Below, piece after piece: positions 24,974 through 32,000 of a stretch of 32,000 nucleotides of DNA. Made by a program: the position numbers and the translations under genes. How positions within the stretch are numbered: position 1 is the first letter of the stretch; each line of letters starts with the position of its first letter. The notes below the pieces were generated by a model. The model searched no databases, was not told the DNA's origin, and saw nothing but the letters and a program-made list of their open reading frames with translations. The stretch is from Neisseria flavescens (GTDB lineage Bacteria; Pseudomonadota; Gammaproteobacteria; Burkholderiales; Neisseriaceae), in NCBI RefSeq assembly GCF_001618075.1, contig NZ_LAEJ01000024.1. One strand, written 5' to 3'.

Positions 24974-25264
24974 ATGATTCAGTCCTCCGATGTTACCCTT
25001 ACTTTTGAAGAAATCGTTGCCGCCAGCCGCTGCCGTCGTGATTGGCTGTTGGAACTTATAGCAGAAGACATCATCAGCATCGATGGTGCGCCCGAAAAAA
25101 GCACCTTCAGTGGTTTTCATCTTGCCCGCATCCGTCGCGCACAACGCTTAAGCCGTGATTTTGAAGCCGGCATTCCCGCATTGGGACTGATTATGCGGCT
25201 GTTAGACGAGGTGGAAGAGCTCAGAAAAATACAGCGTCCGCTGGTACTACTCGAAGAAGAGTAA
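24974..25264 (+). CDS. cbpM: Chaperone modulatory protein CbpM (MerR-like fold)
   Basis: 96 aa, starting 16 nt after cbpA. Its size and position are typical of CbpM. Confidence 0.75.
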   Translation: MIQSSDVTLTFEEIVAASRCRRDWLLELIAEDIISIDGAPEKSTFSGFHLARIRRAQRLSRDFEAGIPALGLIMRLLDEVEELRKIQRPLVLLEEE

Positions 25265-25338
25265 ATATCGACAAGTTATTCGATTAAATATTGATGACAA
25301 GACAAAGTTTTTGATGTTTATTGATATTCCATAATGAA

Positions 25339-25368
25339 AGGCCGTCTGAAAATATTTTCAGACGGCCT
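25339..25368. terminator. DUS inverted pair between convergent cbpM and the ybdD-like gene
   Basis: AGGCCGTCTGAA (25339-25350) and TTCAGACGGCCT (25357-25368). Confidence 0.6.
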
Positions 25369-25381
25369 TTTTATGCCTTCA

Positions 25382-25576
25382 TTAACAACAGCGTCCGCCG
25401 TTGCCGCCGCAACGGCGTTTGCGGCAGTAGTCTTGGAATTGCAGCTCGGTCATGACCGGCGCATTGGGATTATGTTTGCGCTGGCGGGCAACGTAGTTTT
25501 CATAATCCGGGACACCGGCCATCAAGTTCGCTGTCAACTTGATGGTTTTCCACCAAGAGGTAAGCTTATGCTTCAC
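25382..25576 (-). CDS. YbdD/YjiX family small protein (DUF466)
   Basis: C-terminus MAGVPDYENYVARQRKHNPNAPVMTELQFQDYCRKRRCGGNGGRCC matches the YbdD pattern (PDY.NYV ... G..RCC). I prefer GTG 25576, 6 nt after GGAGG (25583-25587), giving 64 aa. It overlaps the cstA end by 11 nt. Confidence 0.8.
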   Translation of the reverse strand: MKHKLTSWWKTIKLTANLMAGVPDYENYVARQRKHNPNAPVMTELQFQDYCRKRRCGGNGGRCC

Positions 25577-27647
25577 TTTGAGCCTCCGGCTGTTTACCGT
25601 CACGGTACACTGCTGGAATTTCTTTAGCAGTTGGCCAACCGACTTTACGGGCTTTCATGGCGGTACGGAAACCGTACACGGCGACAATCACGACAACTGC
25701 CAAGAACAAAGCGGTCAGACCGGCATTGATTTGGTCGTTGAAGATGATTTGTGACATTTCGCCAATGTCTTTAGCAGGAGCAAGGACTTCGCCTGAAGCC
25801 AAGGCATCGCGGTATTTGCCTGCGTGAGCCAAGAAGCTGACGCGCGGATCGCTATGGAACAGTTTTTGCAAACCGGCATAGCAGGTTACAAACAATACGC
25901 CGACAGCAGGAACCAAGGTTACCCAAACATAGCGGTCGCGTTTCATTTTCACCAATACAACGGTACACATGATCAACGCTACGCCTGCAAGCATTTGGTT
26001 GGCGATACCGAACAACGGCCAGAGCGAGTTGATACCACCCAGAGGGTCGGTTACGCCGGTATAGAGGAAGTAACCCCACAATGCCACAGCCAAGAATGTT
26101 GCAACCAAGTTGGCAGGGATAGAGTCGGTGTTACCGAATGGTTTGTAGAAGATACTGCCCAAGTCTTGAATCATGAAACGGGCAACGCGTGTACCGGCGT
26201 CAACCGCGGTCAAGATGAACAAGGCTTCAAACAGCAAGGCAAAGTGATACCAAAACGCCATCATGGCTTCGCCCGGAATCAGACGGCTCATGATGTGTGC
26301 CATACCGACTGCAAGGGTTGGTGCGCCACCTGCACGAGACAGAATGGTGTTTTCGCCCACTTCTTTAGCGGTGTGCAACAGGGTTGCGGCATCAACAGAG
26401 AAATTCAGTTTAGTGGTGATGACTTCGGCAGCTGTGTTGGCATCTGTACCAATCAGCGCGGCCGGGCTGTTCATCGCGAAGTACACGCCTGGCTCAAGCG
26501 AAGCGGCGGCAGCCAGCGCCATAATGGCCACAAAGCTTTCCATAATCATGCCGCCGTAACCGATCATGCGGACGTGTGTTTCGTTTTCCACCATTTTTGG
26601 AGTGGTACCTGAAGAAATCAGCGCATGGAAGCCTGAAACCGCACCACAAGCGATGGTAATGAACAAGAATGGGAACAATGCACCAGAGAATACCGGGCCT
26701 GAACCGTCAATAAAGTGGGTAACTGCAGGCATTTGCAGAGTCGGGTTAACAATAACGATACCCAAAGCCAAAGCTGCAATCGTACCGATTTTCAGGAAGG
26801 TAGACAGATAGTCGCGCGGAGTCAGCAAGAGCCAAACCGGCAATACGGAAGCCACGAAACCGTAAATCATAATCGCCCAAGTCAGCTGAATGCCGTCAAG
26901 GTCGAACCAGTGACCAAAGGAGCTGTGGGCAACATCTTCACCGTAAATCACGGCCAACATCAGCAAAATAAAGCCGACGATGGAAATCTCGCCAATTTTG
27001 CCCGGACGGATATAACGGGTGTAGATACCCATAAACAGGGCAATCGGCATAGTTGCTGCGATGGTGAACGTACCCCAAGGGCTGTGAACCAATGCTTTCA
27101 CAACGATCAGCGCCAACACCGCCATAATGATGACCATAATCATCAAAATACCGATGGATGCAATCACGCCGGGGACGGTACCGAGTTCTTGTTTCACGAT
27201 ATCGCCCAAAGACTTACCGTCACGGCGCATAGAAACAAACAGTACCATCATATCCTGTACGGCACCGGCAAATACCACGCCGAAGATAATCCACAAAGTA
27301 CCGGGCAGATAACCCATTTGCGCTGCCAATACAGGACCAACTAGAGGGCCTGCGCCGGCAATAGCGGCAAAGTGGTGGCCGAACAGTACGCCTTTATGTG
27401 TGGGAACATAGTCCAAGCCGTCATTGTGGCGTTCTGCCGGAGTCAGACGGTTAGGATCAAGCTGCATCACACGGTTGGCAATGTAAAGACTGTAGAAACG
27501 GTAGGCAATGCAGTATACCGAAATGGCGGCCGTAACCATCCAAATCGCACTGACTTGCTCGCCACGGCTGAGAGCTAAAGTAGTAAAGGAGGCCAAGCCT
27601 ACCAAAACCACAATGCCCCAGATCAAAAATGATTTGAGCGATTTCAT
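25566..27647 (-). CDS. cstA: Carbon starvation protein A (CstA family peptide/pyruvate transporter)
   Basis: 693-aa polytopic membrane protein. The sequences FGHHFAAIAGAGPLVGPVLAAQ and ACGAVSGFHALISSGTTPKM are characteristic of CstA. Confidence 0.92.
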   Translation of the reverse strand: MKSLKSFLIWGIVVLVGLASFTTLALSRGEQVSAIWMVTAAISVYCIAYRFYSLYIANRVMQLDPNRLTPAERHNDGLDYVPTHKGVLFGHHFAAIAGAGPLVGPVLAAQMGYLPGTLWIIFGVVFAGAVQDMMVLFVSMRRDGKSLGDIVKQELGTVPGVIASIGILMIMVIIMAVLALIVVKALVHSPWGTFTIAATMPIALFMGIYTRYIRPGKIGEISIVGFILLMLAVIYGEDVAHSSFGHWFDLDGIQLTWAIMIYGFVASVLPVWLLLTPRDYLSTFLKIGTIAALALGIVIVNPTLQMPAVTHFIDGSGPVFSGALFPFLFITIACGAVSGFHALISSGTTPKMVENETHVRMIGYGGMIMESFVAIMALAAAASLEPGVYFAMNSPAALIGTDANTAAEVITTKLNFSVDAATLLHTAKEVGENTILSRAGGAPTLAVGMAHIMSRLIPGEAMMAFWYHFALLFEALFILTAVDAGTRVARFMIQDLGSIFYKPFGNTDSIPANLVATFLAVALWGYFLYTGVTDPLGGINSLWPLFGIANQMLAGVALIMCTVVLVKMKRDRYVWVTLVPAVGVLFVTCYAGLQKLFHSDPRVSFLAHAGKYRDALASGEVLAPAKDIGEMSQIIFNDQINAGLTALFLAVVVIVAVYGFRTAMKARKVGWPTAKEIPAVYRDGKQPEAQSEA

Positions 27648-27984
27648 TGATTTATCCTTAAAACGTGATGCACCAAGGCTTGCTTTAGCGACAAACTGCC
27701 TTAATGCGCTTCAGAAAGACCAGTCATTATAGTCTTCATGATTTCATGAGTGAAATGTCATTTCAACCCAAATTCAACTGAAAACAAAATGATTAGTTCG
27801 TCCGTAAGGTTAACACAAACAGACAATATACCCTTCATTTTTTACTTCAAAACCAAATATTCCTTAACATATAGCAAACGAAAGGCCGTCTGAAAACCCA
27901 AATATTCAGTTTTCAGACGGCCTGACAAACGGTCAATGCTATAATCCGATATTCCATATTCCCATTTCTCTATATTGCCATACC

Positions 27985-28728
27985 ATGCAAAACAACGATT
28001 CCGAAACCATGCGCCTCTCCAAACGCATGGCGCAATTGGGCTTATGCTCGCGCCGCGAGGCAGACAGCTACATCGAGCAAGGCTGGGTCAAAGTCAACGG
28101 CCAAACTGCCGTACTCGGTCAAAAAGTCACCGAGCGCGACCGCATCGACCTCAACAAACAAGCCCATGAAAAACAAGCAGCGCGCGTAACCATCCTGCTG
28201 AACAAACCCGTCGGCTACGTCAGCGCGCAGGCAGAAAAAGGCTATAAATCCGCCGCAGAACTCATTACCGCCGAAAACCATTGGGAAGGCGACGACAGCC
28301 GTATCCCTTTCAGCGAAAAGCACAAATTCGGCTTAGCTCCTGCCGGCCGCCTGGATATCGACTCCGTCGGATTGTTGGTACTCACCCAGGACGGACGCAT
28401 TGCCAAGCAACTGATTGGTGAAAACAGCAGCAGCGAAAAAGAATACCTCGTCCGCGTCCGTGGCAAACTGGATGACAAAGGCCTCGCCCTGCTCAACCAC
28501 GGCTTGAGTTTGGATGGAGAAAAATTGCGCCCCGCCAAAGTCGAATGGCAAAACGAAGACCAGTTGCGCTTTATTTTGCGACAAGGCAAAAAACGCCAAA
28601 TCCGCCGTATGTGCGAACTGGTCGGCCTGCGCGTCGTTGGTTTGAAACGCATCCGCATGGGCAAAGTCAAACTCGGCAGATTGCCGCCGGGCAAATGGCG
28701 TTATTTACGCGCTGACGAATCGTTTTAA
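27985..28728 (+). CDS. rluF: rRNA pseudouridine synthase, RsuA/RluF family (RluF-like)
   Basis: 247 aa. S4 domain ([30 protein letters not shown]), catalytic [22 protein letters not shown] and KRQIRRMCE. The start could instead be M9 (28009). Confidence 0.75.
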   Translation: MQNNDSETMRLSKRMAQLGLCSRREADSYIEQGWVKVNGQTAVLGQKVTERDRIDLNKQAHEKQAARVTILLNKPVGYVSAQAEKGYKSAAELITAENHWEGDDSRIPFSEKHKFGLAPAGRLDIDSVGLLVLTQDGRIAKQLIGENSSSEKEYLVRVRGKLDDKGLALLNHGLSLDGEKLRPAKVEWQNEDQLRFILRQGKKRQIRRMCELVGLRVVGLKRIRMGKVKLGRLPPGKWRYLRADESF

Positions 28729-28743
28729 TTGCAGATAACAAAA

Positions 28744-28774
28744 AGGCCGTCTGAAAACACATTTCAGACGGCCT
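28744..28774. terminator. DUS inverted pair between convergent rluF-like gene and alr
   Basis: AGGCCGTCTGAA (28744-28755) and TTCAGACGGCCT (28763-28774). Confidence 0.6.
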
Positions 28775-28787
28775 GATCTTTTACTGA

Positions 28788-29846
28788 TTACTCAATATAA
28801 GTAAACTTCGCACGTTTGATATTGCAAAGGATTTCGTACGGAATCATACCGGCAACTTCGGAAACTTCATTGATATTAATTACATCGCCCCAAAGCTCGA
28901 CTTCCGCGCCCAAGCCTTCTTTCGAGGCTTCCAACTCAACCGTAATCATATCCATAGATACCCTGCCGATAATACGGCTGCGTTTGCTATCCACCGCCAC
29001 AGGGGAATTAGTGGAAGCGCGACGCGGATAACCGTCGGCATAGCCGCAGGCAATCAAACCGACACGGGTAGATTTGCTGGTGTAGAACGTTGCGCCGTAG
29101 CCAATCGGAGAATGCGGTTGCAACACACGCTCGCCGAAAACGCGGGAAGTCAGGCGCATAACCGGTTTCAAACGCTCATCCACCCCGCCGAAAGGCGAAA
29201 TACCGTATAAAGCCAGACCGGCACGTCCCCAATCGCGGCGTGCTTCAGGCACGTTCAAAATCGCGGCGGAATTGGCCAAGCTCTCTTCGCCTTCCAAACC
29301 CTCACACGCCAAATCAAACGCTTCAAGCTGCATTTCGGTCATGCCGTTTTCCGGCTCGTCCGCGCAGGAAAAATGGCTGAATTTCACAATATTTTCAACC
29401 GATTCCGATTGTTTCAATGCAGTATAGGCCGCGGCATAATTGTGTGGAAAGAAACCGGCACGGTGCATACCTGAGTCCATTTTCAGCCATACGGTTGTCG
29501 GACGTTGCCACTCATAATGCACAAACGCCTCCAGCTGCCATTGGCTGCCGATTGCCGGCCACAAATCATAACGGTCAACATCCGCATACTCCGCAGCCTC
29601 AAACACGCCTTCCAACAAAACAATCGGATTTTTAATGCCGTTTTGGCGCAGTTCCACGCCTTCATCTACCGTTGCCACCGCAAAGCCGTCGGCAATATCC
29701 GCCAACGCGTGTGCACATCTGACCGCGCCATGCCCATAAGCATCGGCCTTAATCACAGCCAACAATTTATTGCCATGCAACTCTTTGAGAAAACGATAAT
29801 TTTGACGTAAATTATCCAAACGGATTTGCGCATTAAGCGGACGCAT
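28788..29846 (-). CDS. alr: Alanine racemase
   Basis: 352 aa with the PLP-lysine motif AVIKADAYGHG. Conserved YGISPFG and GRVSMDMITVE. Confidence 0.93.
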   Translation of the reverse strand: MRPLNAQIRLDNLRQNYRFLKELHGNKLLAVIKADAYGHGAVRCAHALADIADGFAVATVDEGVELRQNGIKNPIVLLEGVFEAAEYADVDRYDLWPAIGSQWQLEAFVHYEWQRPTTVWLKMDSGMHRAGFFPHNYAAAYTALKQSESVENIVKFSHFSCADEPENGMTEMQLEAFDLACEGLEGEESLANSAAILNVPEARRDWGRAGLALYGISPFGGVDERLKPVMRLTSRVFGERVLQPHSPIGYGATFYTSKSTRVGLIACGYADGYPRRASTNSPVAVDSKRSRIIGRVSMDMITVELEASKEGLGAEVELWGDVININEVSEVAGMIPYEILCNIKRAKFTYIE

Positions 29847-30038
29847 AATGTATTCCTCTTATCGGCATTCCGTTTCAGACGGCCTTCCCCATTACTTTGA
29901 AGTAAATATTATAGGTCAAAAACTACACAGGATTCCATGAAATCCACAAGAATAATCTATTCATAATTTAGATCTCATGCGCACCTTTAGGCATTTATGC
30001 TTCTTCTCAGGCTGTTTTAAGGTTATGATTCAATCCAA

Positions 30039-30524
30039 ATGAAAACGATAGACATCAAGGCCATGAAAGAACTCGACAAAACCGACTTAAAAATTCTCAA
30101 ACTCCTGCAACAAAACGCACGTATCCCCATGACCGAATTGGCTGAAAAAGTCGGCCTCTCCACCACGCCGGTAACCGAACGCGTCCGCCGCTTGGAACGC
30201 GACAACCTTATTACCGGCTATCACGCCCATCTGAATCCTCATGCTTTAGGTCAAAGCCTCTTGGTCTTTGTCGAGCTGAAACTGCGCTCCAAATCCGGCA
30301 ATATTTTTGAAGACTTCAAACGCGAAGTGCTGAAGATTCCGCAAATTCTGGAATGCCACTTGGTCTCCGGCGAATACGACTACCTTATCAAAGTCCGCCT
30401 GCCCAATATGTCCGCCTATCGCGATATGCTCGGCAATATCCTGCTGCAACTGCCGGCTGCAGCCGAAAGCCGCAGCTATGTTGTCATGGAAGAAGTCAAA
30501 GAAGAAGTAGTATTAGACATCTAA
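30039..30524 (+). CDS. lrp: Lrp/AsnC family transcriptional regulator (leucine-responsive regulatory protein)
   Basis: 161 aa. HTH LDKTDLKILKLLQQNARIPMTELAEKVGLSTTPVTERVRRLE, followed by a RAM/ACT-like domain. Confidence 0.88.
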   Translation: MKTIDIKAMKELDKTDLKILKLLQQNARIPMTELAEKVGLSTTPVTERVRRLERDNLITGYHAHLNPHALGQSLLVFVELKLRSKSGNIFEDFKREVLKIPQILECHLVSGEYDYLIKVRLPNMSAYRDMLGNILLQLPAAAESRSYVVMEEVKEEVVLDI

Positions 30525-30541
30525 TTCTATTCAACAAACAA

Positions 30542-30576
30542 AGGCCGTCTGAAAGATTACAACATTCAGACGGCCT
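30542..30576. terminator. DUS inverted pair after lrp
   Basis: AGGCCGTCTGAA (30542-30553) and TTCAGACGGCCT (30565-30576). Confidence 0.55.
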
Positions 30577-30592
30577 TTATTTTAAATAGGCA

Positions 30593-30684
30593 AAAAAAAT
30601 GCACACATCCGACAGAATGTGTGCCAAGTCTACAAAGGAGAAATAGAGGAGAAACTATTAACTGACTACTCGAACCAGCTAACG
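30593..30684 (-). ncRNA. Sibling small RNA, copy A (NgncR_162/163, RcoF/NmsR-type)
   Basis: Minus strand: promoter, about 60 nt, the conserved CU-rich core TTTCTCCTCTATTTCTCCTTTGTAGACTTGGC, then terminator GCACACAT-loop-ATGTGTGC plus T8. No credible ORF. The 5' end is estimated from the -10 box (+/-3 nt). Confidence 0.7.
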
Positions 30685-30690
30685 AAACGA

Positions 30691-30719
30691 ATTATGCAAC
30701 AAGATATTCAACCGCGCAA
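30691..30719 (-). promoter_or_regulatory. Promoter of sRNA copy A
   Basis: The minus strand reads TTGCGC, a 17-nt spacer, then CATAAT. Confidence 0.5.
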
Positions 30720-30791
30720 GTATTTTTCTTGTAAAGTTTCTTAATTATTCGATTTACAGATCTTAAAATGTAATCATGTTTCAATGCAGAT

Positions 30792-30879
30792 AAAAAAATG
30801 CGCATACCGTTTCGATATGCGCCAAGTCTACAAAGGAGAAATAGAGGAGAAAAATCAAGCTGCATCAAGCAACTCAACG
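30792..30879 (-). ncRNA. Sibling small RNA, copy B
   Basis: It has the same 32-nt core as copy A (30821-30852 versus 30623-30654) and its own terminator GCGCATA-loop-TATGCGC plus AT7. The 5' region is divergent. Confidence 0.7.
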
Positions 30880-30885
30880 GCGCGA

Positions 30886-30914
30886 ATTATCCTAGCCTTC
30901 TACCCTCCTGTCAA
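30886..30914 (-). promoter_or_regulatory. Promoter of sRNA copy B
   Basis: The minus strand reads TTGACA, a 17-nt spacer, then GATAAT. Confidence 0.55.
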
Positions 30915-31099
30915 CTGTTTTCCTATCTATTTTCAAGTATTTTGCTAAAAAACAACAAAGTCGCTATTCCCCTCTTTTTCTTGCTATTTTCGCCCATATA
31001 TAAAAGACATTTAGGGTCGTCTGAAACACATATTGCCACTGCAAGCAAACAGCCCCATACTCACACATTCATAGTCCATATCCGTCCCAACCCACAACC

Positions 31100-32000
31100 A
31101 TGACCACCCCACTTTCCCTTGCCGTTGTCGGCCATACCAACACAGGCAAAACCTCGCTCTTACGTACGCTTTTGCGCGACAGCACCTTCGGTGAAGTAAA
31201 AAATGCGCCCTCCACCACGCGCCATGTCGAAGAAGCCCTTATCAACGACGGCGACGACAGCTTGGTTTACCTCTACGACACACCCGGCCTTGAAGATGCC
31301 GGCGGCGTGTTGGACTGGCTGGAAACCCACACATCCGCACGCGATGACGGTATTGAGCGCATTCAGCAATTCCTCAGCAATCATGAAGCGCATCACGAAT
31401 TCAACCAAGAGGCCAAAGTGCTGCGCCAAGTCATGCAAAGCGATATGGCCATGTACGTTATCGATGCGCGGGAACCTGTCCTCGACAAATACAAAGACGA
31501 GCTGACCATTTTGTCTTGGTGCGCCAAGCCCATCATGCCCGTGTTCAACTTCACCCAAAATCAAGATCTGAGCGCTTGGACCAATATGCTCGCCCGCAGA
31601 AACCTGCATGTTTACGCCGGTTTCGATACCGTTGCCTTCGACTTTGAAGGCGAAATCCGATTGTGGGACAACCTTGCCACCATGTTACCTAAGCGCGACA
31701 TTCTCGACCGCCTCATCAATATGCGCCGTCGCGAGTGGCAACGGCTGGATACGGAAGCGCGCCGTGAAATTGCCGATTTTCTGCTGGATGCCGCCGCATT
31801 TACCCAAGAAATTGCCGAAAACGACGACCCTGCCCCGACTTTGGAAGTCATGCAATCGGAAATCCGCCAACTTGAGCGGCAAATGCAACAACGCCTGTTC
31901 ACACTTTACCGCTTCTATCACGACGAAGTCGGCAGCGACAGCACATGGATGCCCAAAGCCTTCAAACAAGATCCGTTTGACAGCGAATTGCTCAAACATT
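31100..32000 (+). CDS. GTPase / DUF3482-type protein (5' partial; runs off the right edge)
   Basis: ATG at 31100 opens a frame that stays open to the window end: MTTPLSLAVVGHTNTGKTSLLRTLL... (P-loop), TTRHV (G2-like), DTPGLED (G3). It is absent from the ORF track only because no stop is reached. Confidence 0.8.
   Translation, partial: MTTPLSLAVVGHTNTGKTSLLRTLLRDSTFGEVKNAPSTTRHVEEALINDGDDSLVYLYDTPGLEDAGGVLDWLETHTSARDDGIERIQQFLSNHEAHHEFNQEAKVLRQVMQSDMAMYVIDAREPVLDKYKDELTILSWCAKPIMPVFNFTQNQDLSAWTNMLARRNLHVYAGFDTVAFDFEGEIRLWDNLATMLPKRDILDRLINMRRREWQRLDTEARREIADFLLDAAAFTQEIAENDDPAPTLEVMQSEIRQLERQMQQRLFTLYRFYHDEVGSDSTWMPKAFKQDPFDSELLKH

Noticed and set aside
25824-27344. Plus-strand ORFs of 262 aa and 209 aa antisense to cstA, and similar antisense ORFs in rdgC (15493-16433), the ARH gene, metZ and alr.
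   Set aside because: They are antisense artefacts inside well-supported genes, with His/Gln/Arg-rich nonsense translations.
30593-30879. The two repeats might be a mini CRISPR array.
   Set aside because: There are only two copies, 198 nt apart. Each has its own promoter and Rho-independent terminator. There are no cas genes and the repeat is not palindromic in the CRISPR manner.
30692-31103. A 61-aa minus-strand ORF and a 101-aa plus-strand ORF across the sRNA locus.
   Set aside because: They cross promoters and terminators of the two sRNA units, lack SD sequences, and their translations are low-complexity.

Overview
This is a Neisseria-type chromosomal segment. The evidence is a dense set of DNA uptake sequences (DUS), mostly the AGGCCGTCTGAA dialect, often as inverted pairs that form terminator hairpins. 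That dialect suggests a commensal Neisseria of the subflava/mucosa type, but this is inference only.

Most of the window is ordinary core genome: metZ, a DUF3465 protein, an acidic hypothetical, an amino-acid ABC binding lipoprotein, a DUF333 lipoprotein, serS, tRNA-Glu, rdgC, an ADP-ribosylglycohydrolase, a MORN-like secreted protein, dcd, ppsR/ppsA, a LysM-M23 lipoprotein, cbpA/cbpM, cstA with an overlapping ybdD-like gene, an rluF-like gene, alr, lrp, two tandem sibling sRNAs, and a partial GTPase.

The exceptional part is a roughly 9 kb insertion (6395-15385) between serS and tRNA-Glu.
- It is bounded by a 17/18-nt direct repeat of the tRNA-Glu 3' end, and the apparent original tRNA terminator is displaced to the far side.
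- It is DUS-poor, looks somewhat more AT-rich by eye, and has no integrase.
- It encodes only one two-gene minus-strand operon.
- The first gene is a 1115-aa protein with no recognisable motifs. Its stop overlaps the next start (TAATG).
- The second is a DEAH helicase of about 1695 aa with a C-terminal DUF1998/MrfA-type zinc domain.

This architecture best fits a Druantia type III-like (DruH-DruE) anti-phage system, whose mechanism is unresolved. In this sequence the helicase is split into three ORFs by two single-base frameshifts at A/T homopolymers. That could be decay, an on/off switch or assembly error. Two other genes in the window show the same kind of single-base deficit, so read-level verification is needed.
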